Source of the DNA: Gammaproteobacteria bacterium
GTDB taxonomy: Bacteria; Pseudomonadota; Gammaproteobacteria; Tethybacterales; G965206325
Assembly (NCBI GenBank): GCA_965206325.1
Contig: OZ242208.1
Span: forward strand, 1,721,557 to 1,785,556
Direction: 5' to 3'
DNA: 64,000 bases
Shown: positions 57,808 to 64,000 of the stretch, in pieces
Layout: each line of letters starts with the position of its first letter
Numbering within the stretch: the stretch's first letter is position 1
Notes under the pieces: generated by a model
The model's input: only the letters and a program-made list of their open reading frames with translations
Database searches by the model: none
Told to the model about the DNA's origin: nothing
Translations under genes and position numbers: made by a program

Positions 57808-60800
57808 TCATTGACGCGGACAGGTGGAATCTTCGGGCGCGGGCAGTCCGGTGTCATGGCACAGACGGAAGCGTCCGCCCAGCAGCCGCGCGCGGTCGTT
57901 GCGCACAACCCGATCTATCAGACTGCCCGCGCCGATTTCTAAATCTTCGGCGAATAATTCAAAGACATGGTCGTTGTCCGTATTTTCCTGCGTATCCAAA
58001 TACGCGCACGGATGCCCTGTCGTTATCGGCTCCTGCGCCCGATGCTCGTTTTCCACGCCCTGCAGCGGACGATTTGGATTAAACGCATCCTCCCGCGTCT
58101 GGCTGATGGTACACGACGAATTGCCCGGATTAATACTGCAGCTGCTGACATTATTAAAGGCGGATTGATCCGTAATCGCGCATTCCGTCCTTTCCAGCGG
58201 AGTCAAACTGAAAAACACCGCCGCCTGAACATTGGTAAATTGCGCGCCGCGCTCGCCGAGGCGAATTTCCGTCCCCTTCGGCAATTGCAAAGCGGGCGGC
58301 GCCAGACGCAATTCGCGCCTTGCCTGCGCCGGTGTTTGCACCGGCACAACCGCACCCGCAAATGACCCGCCGCCAATGGACGACGGATCCAAATAAGTTC
58401 CCATTATTGGATTAATCATTCCGCCCCGCGCAAGTTCAAGACCGTTGCCGGTCGCCGGACGAAAAACCGCCCCCTCGCCCAGCAGACGAATCCATACATT
58501 CTGCCGCACCGTAACGCTGGAAAATAACGGAAATGTCGTCACCGGCAACGACGACTCCACCGGCGTGTATATGTGCGGACGAGTCGTCAGCAAATACGGC
58601 ACCGCCGCTTCCGCCAATCGCCTCAAATCAAAATTACCGTCGCTGTTGGTTGCAATATCCAGCGGAGCGGTAATGTTGGTTGTGGCGCCGCCCGCCAGAT
58701 TGCCCCTCGCCTGCACTAATACAGGCGCATTGGAACTCGCCCCCGGCGGTGCCAAAAATGCCGCCCGCGCCACCGTAATAATTACTTCCGCCGGATAAAC
58801 CGACAGCGTGTATTGCTCATCAGTGCCGTCTATCGTCCGCGTTACCGTCACATTGCGGTCGACCTGCCCCGGCACCGGCACCCGATCGCATAGGGGGTTG
58901 AGGGGATCGGCGACGCCATCAATGCATCTGTCAGTGCCAATGGCATCGTTCAGAATACCGTCGCTCTCTAGCAAATTTAGCGGCGCATGCGGCACCAAAT
59001 TGTTAAACGGAAAACCGGGCGAACCAGTGCTATCCGAATCCGCAGTTCTTACCCAAATGGCTTCCGGGTTAGAAGTGCCAAAGTTTGCGGCGACCGCCGT
59101 CGACAAAAACCCCCGCACCAGCACCACCGACACCAGCTGATTGGGATTGGTGAGGGTGACCATCCCGGCGGTCGCTTGAATCGTCCGCTCCGGAATGGCC
59201 GTTGCCCGCGCATGCACATCGTCGCGCGGATGCGCCATTTGAATAGTGGCTGTCTCCGTACCCGTTGCGGTGTAGATAATCCCGCTGGAAATTACAAACG
59301 GCTCGCTGATAACCTGCCACCGGTCTCTTTGCGTAATGCCGCGCAGATAATATTCGGTGACCGAGCGTCCAGGGGGAAAGATTCCGTTGGGTGGTTCGTT
59401 AAGCTGGGAAACAAACCTGTCTTGTCCGTCAGCACCGGGAGCAAGATTAGTCGCTATCACCGTTGGTCCGTTCAAAACATACCGCGGCAGATTACTCGCA
59501 ACCAATTGCGTTTGCGCGTCAATCGGCAGCGGCAGATTCCGCGCCGGCGGCGGCGTGGGAGTGGCGCCCCGAATGGTAACCGTATGGCCGCCGCTCAGAA
59601 CCATTTGATGAATATAGCGCGCCGACCGCATATTAACCCCCGTCAGCGGATTGTCCGGCACTACTGCATTTGCCGCCCCGATGCCGTCAATCACCCATCC
59701 TTCAAACAGATTTGTATCCCAGCCGACAATGCCGTCCGATTCAATTAGAAGGGTGACTTCCCCCCGCGCTGCAATCGTCGGCGAAATATGGGCGGTCAAT
59801 TGCCCGGGTTCTGAAGCCGTCACCGTTGCATTGGGCATCCGAATCAATTCCGCAAACGACGGAAGGCGGCCGATTGGCACAGTCGGCGCGATTCCGCTCG
59901 GATCATTTCCCTGCGAAAATACAATGTTCGTCTCGCTAAATCCGGCTATCAAATTGACATTGGGGGCGGTCGTCTCAATGGACAGTCGAATCACTCCTCC
60001 CGACGGATGCGGCGGCGTAAATGACGCTATGGTGATCGTTAGGGTGGACGACGGATCAAAGTCCATACTGCTCGGAAAGTCGTCGCAATTTGCCGGCGAT
60101 GCCCTCACTTGGCATGTAATCCTCACCGGAAAAGGATTGGAACTTATGCGGTTCTTGTAAATTTCAATCGGCACCGTCCCCGAATTCTGATAAATCAGAT
60201 AATCCACCTGCAAGAATCCAATTTCCACCGGCGTGTTCAGCACTCGAAATTCCGCCCGCTCATGACCCACCGGAGAACCCGACGGCATAACAAACTCCAA
60301 AGCATTGCTGTCGGCGGGTTCTAAGTCATAAGCGACATCCTGCGTCTCAACATTAAAGGCGACGGCCATTTCCAGCGTTAACGCGCGAGTCCCAACCGTC
60401 AAAGTAACTTCCGGCGGCGTCGGCGGCGTGGGGAAAGTAGCGATGATTCCATTTATCGCCAGCGTCAATCCGGCACCGTGGCGCGCCGTCCCCTCAACAC
60501 GGGCAAGCCTAACGACAACTTCCTGCGTTAATGGCGTATTGAGGGCGTAAATCCGCATTCCCGTGCTGCTGATGGAAATAGTCGTAGCATCGCCGCTGAG
60601 ATAGGGAAACGGAATCGCCTGCGATGCCATCGGCGTTGGATTATTATCAAATTCAATGGTGATGTCCGCCTCGCCGATAATCGCCGTTTCTTCGTTGTTG
60701 CCTAACGGCGGCGGAATCGGATCCGGCGGCAATAATTCCACAGCCAACTCTTCGCCGTCAGTGTCGGCGGCGGCGACAAGAACCCACGACGATTCGCTGG

Positions 60801-63800
60801 CATCTCTTTCAATTAATACCGACAGTGAGGTGGCGGTGCTGTAATCGCCGCCGTCAAAGGGGCTTGTGCCGCTGTAATTGACGGTATTGGCATCGCCTAC
60901 AAAACCCATCGTCACCGTTATTGGCCGGCCGACGATGACCGGACGACCGAAAGAATCCATCGTCCGAATCGCCAGCGATAATTCCTGATCCGTCTCGGAA
61001 AGGACAAAATTATTATTGAGGGGATCCACCCGATAGCCATTAGCAAACCATGCGACTTGGGCGTCCCGCCTCGGCTGAGCTTGCGGCTGTTCGCCGGTAA
61101 TTGCCACATTGATCGTCAGCGGCGACGAAGTCCCCGGTGCCAGAGCAAAGTGAGGGGGTGATGTGACTTCGCTGATTTCAATTTGCACCGTGCCCGATGT
61201 TAAAGAATCCACCGTATTGGGATTCGAAAAGATAATGGTTACATGCGTGTTGCCCGTATCTATGTCGTAATTCGCCGCACCGGAAGTCGCCGCCACTTGG
61301 ACGCCATTAACGCTGGCGATAAAATCCCGATTTATTTGCGGACGATTTAGGTCGGTGTCATTAACCGTGTTGGGGGCGTCGCCCGGCAGCGGGCCGACCC
61401 GAATGTTGCCCAAAGATACAGGCCTATTCGGCAATGTGGTGAATGCCAGCAGAACCGTCGCCGGAAAAGTCCGCCGATTAAGTTGAATCAAATTCGGCTG
61501 AGACGCTAAAACCGCCGCGGCTCCGGTGCCGATTCCCATCGGCGGCGGAAGGGTGGACGCCCCTATATTTACTTGGAAAATTCCGGTGCCTTGAACTTCC
61601 AAAACATTCGGCTGCGGCTGAATGGTGAACATTAAATTCGCCGGCCTCGGCGACACAACGCCAAAATAGACAGTCGCAGAGAACCTTTCAACTGCAAGGC
61701 GGGCGGTATAAATGCATTCTCTGAATTCGTTGGCGGTGGTTTGGAAAGAACCCGCCACGACATCGCCCCCCATAATGGTGGCATCGCACACATTGGCATC
61801 CCTTTCAACCGCCCTTATTGACATTATCGGCGCGGCGAGTGCCCTGCCGCCGACGACGGGAATTACAATTGGCAAATCAACCATCACATTGCCCGCCGTT
61901 AAAGAGACATTGGCCGGCGTCCCGACCGTCACCACCGGCAACTGCGAATTAAATATCACCTGCCGAAACCCCGCCAGACGGTAAGCCGAAGGATTGTCTA
62001 CAAATGTCAACACCGCCAATTGGTCTCCGACTTCAAATCTCGGAGCGAATCGCATCTCTCTCCGACCCCGACCATTCGAAAGCCTAATGTTCGCAATTTC
62101 GCAGGCGGTCATTTGCGCAGCCGTGGCAGTATAAGTAAAGACGGTCACCGGCTGCGGAATTTGAAACGAAGTTGTGTCGGCGACGGCGGCGTAGTAGCCG
62201 CTAATCGGACAAATACCCGCCAGCGGATTCGCCCGCAAGGAAAACACCAAATCCAACTGATTGGACAGCGGCCGCCCGACGAGTACTCCTCCTAGATTCG
62301 GCTGGGGGTTAAATGTGGCGGGAACCGGCAAATCGTTCTCTACCGTCAGAGTCAAACCAACCGTCACCGTAAGTGGGGTGGCGGAAAGCGATACAATCGG
62401 TGCATCCGGCACAACCGCAATTGCCGTTTCGCTTTGAAGCGGATTAACCGTGTATGAGCGATTCGGATTGCCCGTATCGTTTCTCCCCGCAAAAGACAGC
62501 GTGACCGTCGATACGGCATTAACTATCGGCAGCAGCGAAAATTCTTGATCCCGCGCAATGATATTCGCCGGCAAAGCGGCGGACACCGGCACTTCGCAGG
62601 AAGTCCCAACGGTGATAATATTCCCAGCAGTAAATGTGACGGTCTCCCGGACAAACCGGCCGGAATAATAAACCCATCCTTCCAGCGGACAATTGCCGCC
62701 GATGCCGCCGATAAGCGGCGCGCGAATTCCAACCCTAATTGGAATCGGCGTAGGCGGAAACAAAGCATTGGACGGACGAGCATTCAAAGTCGCCACTATC
62801 GGCAAATCCGCATTCCTATTATTCACCGCCACCGTCACCGGCGGCTCGCCCCCGACCACGACAGTCCCGACATTCGCCAATCCCGATAACTCCAAGGGCT
62901 GAACGCCGGTGATATCAATGGAAATATCCACGCCGGAACCCAGAGTCGCCGCAAGAACAAACGGAAAGGTTATGTCCGCCGCCCCTACCGGCCGATTAAT
63001 GCGAAATATCGCCGTGCCGTTGACGGGACTCGTATTCGCCACCGGACGATCAATCCTGAATGTCATCCTAGTATCGCCGGTCATCACGGGAATCAAAACC
63101 TCTTGATTGGCAACCGACACAGCCACCCCTCTGCCGTTAATAGTCAGCTGATACTCACTCGCCGGATTCGGGCCGCTGATATAAACCAGCGTGACAGTAT
63201 TAGAATGACCGGTGACAATGGGGCTGGCGCTGGTTTGATAAGTCCATTCCGCTCGTATCGGTCCAAAAAATGGCAGCGAATTAGTCTCTCCGAGGCCCCG
63301 CACTGGCTCCATGCTAAATCCAGTCGCAATCTCCGGCCGACCCGTCGGCGTGGGCGGCCCATCTCCATAAAAAATTTGCCTTTGATTTAGAGCACTGTCG
63401 TCCGGCAGGGTGTATTGGTTTCCGGGAATGGATTCCAGAACCTCCACCCGAAACTCGCGTCCGCCTAAATCTCCATTAACGCCGGCCACATAAATGCTGG
63501 CTGCCGTCGCTCCGAGATTAATCGGAATGCTGCCGACGGCAAAGCATTCGTTGACGCTGCTGTCTTGAGTCGGTGTGCCGAAAGTCGTCATCGACTGCCC
63601 ATTCACCGGCGGAAAATAAACATCGCCGTCCCAATTGCAGTCATCTACATCAGCCGTCGACGGTATCTCCACAACCCGCAAAGCCAACGACACATTCCCT
63701 TGACTAATCGGCGGCGCAAATGTTCCCACGGTGACATAATTCGTCGCCACCAGCGGCAGATAAATTCCCCTGAAGACCGTATGGAGAATACTGCGGTCTG

Positions 63801-64000
63801 TCGTAAACAGAGGCGCCCCCGGATATCGCTGCTCCAAAATCCGAAATGTCACCGGGGTATTGGTCACGCCGCTCAATTCAACAATAGGATCTCCGGCGGC
63901 GTCATTCGGAATAATTAATTGCACTTCGCCTGTGCCGATTCTTGCCGCCCCCGGATTTAAGCGAATGTCCGATGCTCCCGTCGGAATGACAAGATCCGTC
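57808..64000 (-). CDS. giant repetitive secreted/surface protein (>2,060 aa; N-terminus beyond window)
   Basis: Uninterrupted minus-strand frame from the window edge to the stop at 57808. Thr/Val/Pro/Asn/Gly-rich with many ...TVT.../...PVTV... beta-strand-like repeats. Cys-containing C-terminal ~200 aa. Stop is 3 nt from the pilin-like paralog 3 start. Confidence 0.8.
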   Translation of the reverse strand, partial: TDLVIPTGASDIRLNPGAARIGTGEVQLIIPNDAAGDPIVELSGVTNTPVTFRILEQRYPGAPLFTTDRSILHTVFRGIYLPLVATNYVTVGTFAPPISQGNVSLALRVVEIPSTADVDDCNWDGDVYFPPVNGQSMTTFGTPTQDSSVNECFAVGSIPINLGATAASIYVAGVNGDLGGREFRVEVLESIPGNQYTLPDDSALNQRQIFYGDGPPTPTGRPEIATGFSMEPVRGLGETNSLPFFGPIRAEWTYQTSASPIVTGHSNTVTLVYISGPNPASEYQLTINGRGVAVSVANQEVLIPVMTGDTRMTFRIDRPVANTSPVNGTAIFRINRPVGAADITFPFVLAATLGSGVDISIDITGVQPLELSGLANVGTVVVGGEPPVTVAVNNRNADLPIVATLNARPSNALFPPTPIPIRVGIRAPLIGGIGGNCPLEGWVYYSGRFVRETVTFTAGNIITVGTSCEVPVSAALPANIIARDQEFSLLPIVNAVSTVTLSFAGRNDTGNPNRSYTVNPLQSETAIAVVPDAPIVSLSATPLTVTVGLTLTVENDLPVPATFNPQPNLGGVLVGRPLSNQLDLVFSLRANPLAGICPISGYYAAVADTTSFQIPQPVTVFTYTATAAQMTACEIANIRLSNGRGRREMRFAPRFEVGDQLAVLTFVDNPSAYRLAGFRQVIFNSQLPVVTVGTPANVSLTAGNVMVDLPIVIPVVGGRALAAPIMSIRAVERDANVCDATIMGGDVVAGSFQTTANEFRECIYTARLAVERFSATVYFGVVSPRPANLMFTIQPQPNVLEVQGTGIFQVNIGASTLPPPMGIGTGAAAVLASQPNLIQLNRRTFPATVLLAFTTLPNRPVSLGNIRVGPLPGDAPNTVNDTDLNRPQINRDFIASVNGVQVAATSGAANYDIDTGNTHVTIIFSNPNTVDSLTSGTVQIEISEVTSPPHFALAPGTSSPLTINVAITGEQPQAQPRRDAQVAWFANGYRVDPLNNNFVLSETDQELSLAIRTMDSFGRPVIVGRPITVTMGFVGDANTVNYSGTSPFDGGDYSTATSLSVLIERDASESSWVLVAAADTDGEELAVELLPPDPIPPPLGNNEETAIIGEADITIEFDNNPTPMASQAIPFPYLSGDATTISISSTGMRIYALNTPLTQEVVVRLARVEGTARHGAGLTLAINGIIATFPTPPTPPEVTLTVGTRALTLEMAVAFNVETQDVAYDLEPADSNALEFVMPSGSPVGHERAEFRVLNTPVEIGFLQVDYLIYQNSGTVPIEIYKNRISSNPFPVRITCQVRASPANCDDFPSSMDFDPSSTLTITIASFTPPHPSGGVIRLSIETTAPNVNLIAGFSETNIVFSQGNDPSGIAPTVPIGRLPSFAELIRMPNATVTASEPGQLTAHISPTIAARGEVTLLIESDGIVGWDTNLFEGWVIDGIGAANAVVPDNPLTGVNMRSARYIHQMVLSGGHTVTIRGATPTPPPARNLPLPIDAQTQLVASNLPRYVLNGPTVIATNLAPGADGQDRFVSQLNEPPNGIFPPGRSVTEYYLRGITQRDRWQVISEPFVISSGIIYTATGTETATIQMAHPRDDVHARATAIPERTIQATAGMVTLTNPNQLVSVVLVRGFLSTAVAANFGTSNPEAIWVRTADSDSTGSPGFPFNNLVPHAPLNLLESDGILNDAIGTDRCIDGVADPLNPLCDRVPVPGQVDRNVTVTRTIDGTDEQYTLSVYPAEVIITVARAAFLAPPGASSNAPVLVQARGNLAGGATTNITAPLDIATNSDGNFDLRRLAEAAVPYLLTTRPHIYTPVESSLPVTTFPLFSSVTVRQNVWIRLLGEGAVFRPATGNGLELARGGMINPIMGTYLDPSSIGGGSFAGAVVPVQTPAQARRELRLAPPALQLPKGTEIRLGERGAQFTNVQAAVFFSLTPLERTECAITDQSAFNNVSSCSINPGNSSCTISQTREDAFNPNRPLQGVENEHRAQEPITTGHPCAYLDTQENTDNDHVFELFAEDLEIGAGSLIDRVVRNDRARLLGGRFRLCHDTGLPAPEDSTCPRQ

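Noticed and set aside
1-64000. CRISPR arrays, rRNA genes, integrase/transposase genes, prophage structural genes
   Set aside because: Looked for direct repeats with regular spacers, rRNA-like conserved stretches and recombinase motifs; none seen. The only repeat families are the REP/MITE-like element, the 168-bp tandem, the promoter motif and the promoter-leader module.

Overview
This 64 kb window is a moderately GC-rich proteobacterial chromosome segment dominated by housekeeping genes, read on both strands.

Conserved content, in order:
- The division/cell-wall cluster on the minus strand (mraZ-rsmH-ftsL-ftsI-murE-murF-mraY-murD, running into a truncated ftsW at the left edge).
- gshB, the betaine ABC transporter genes proV and proW, and a separated proX.
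- The rpsU-dnaG-rpoD macromolecular-synthesis operon, followed by a tRNA-Met(CAT) and erpA.
- prpE-like acyl-CoA synthetase plus a sodium:solute symporter, then nth, gpmA, rpoH, pssA-psd, dusA-ubiA-ampD, mmsA, cytochrome c4, ctpA and leuA.

Accessory or unusual content:
1. The right-hand 12 kb (52.3-64 kb) carries the most interesting candidate system. It is a tightly packed minus-strand operon of three paralogous, unusually large type IV pilin-like proteins (373-591 aa). They share a distinctive motif set centred on CPD-x-DGDG. An L-serine dehydratase gene is embedded between them, and a repetitive protein of more than 2,060 aa lies upstream and runs off the window.
2. A lower-GC islet (11.1-12.3 kb) and an ankyrin-repeat membrane protein gene (19.1-20.6 kb) start with the same ~100 bp promoter plus signal-peptide module. 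The two copies are in inverted orientation and bracket a 6.8 kb enzyme/proVW segment.
3. A conserved TTGACT-N17-TACRAT promoter-like motif with a conserved spacer occurs three times.
4. A REP-like palindromic element is present in two copies, and there is a 168 bp x2 tandem duplication.
5. About 20 long C/G homopolymer tracts (10-16 nt) are clustered in four regions. Most encode in-frame poly-Gly or poly-Pro inside conserved enzymes, but two break reading frames (ftsW and an FAD-linked oxidase).

No CRISPR array, rRNA, or obvious transposase/integrase was seen.
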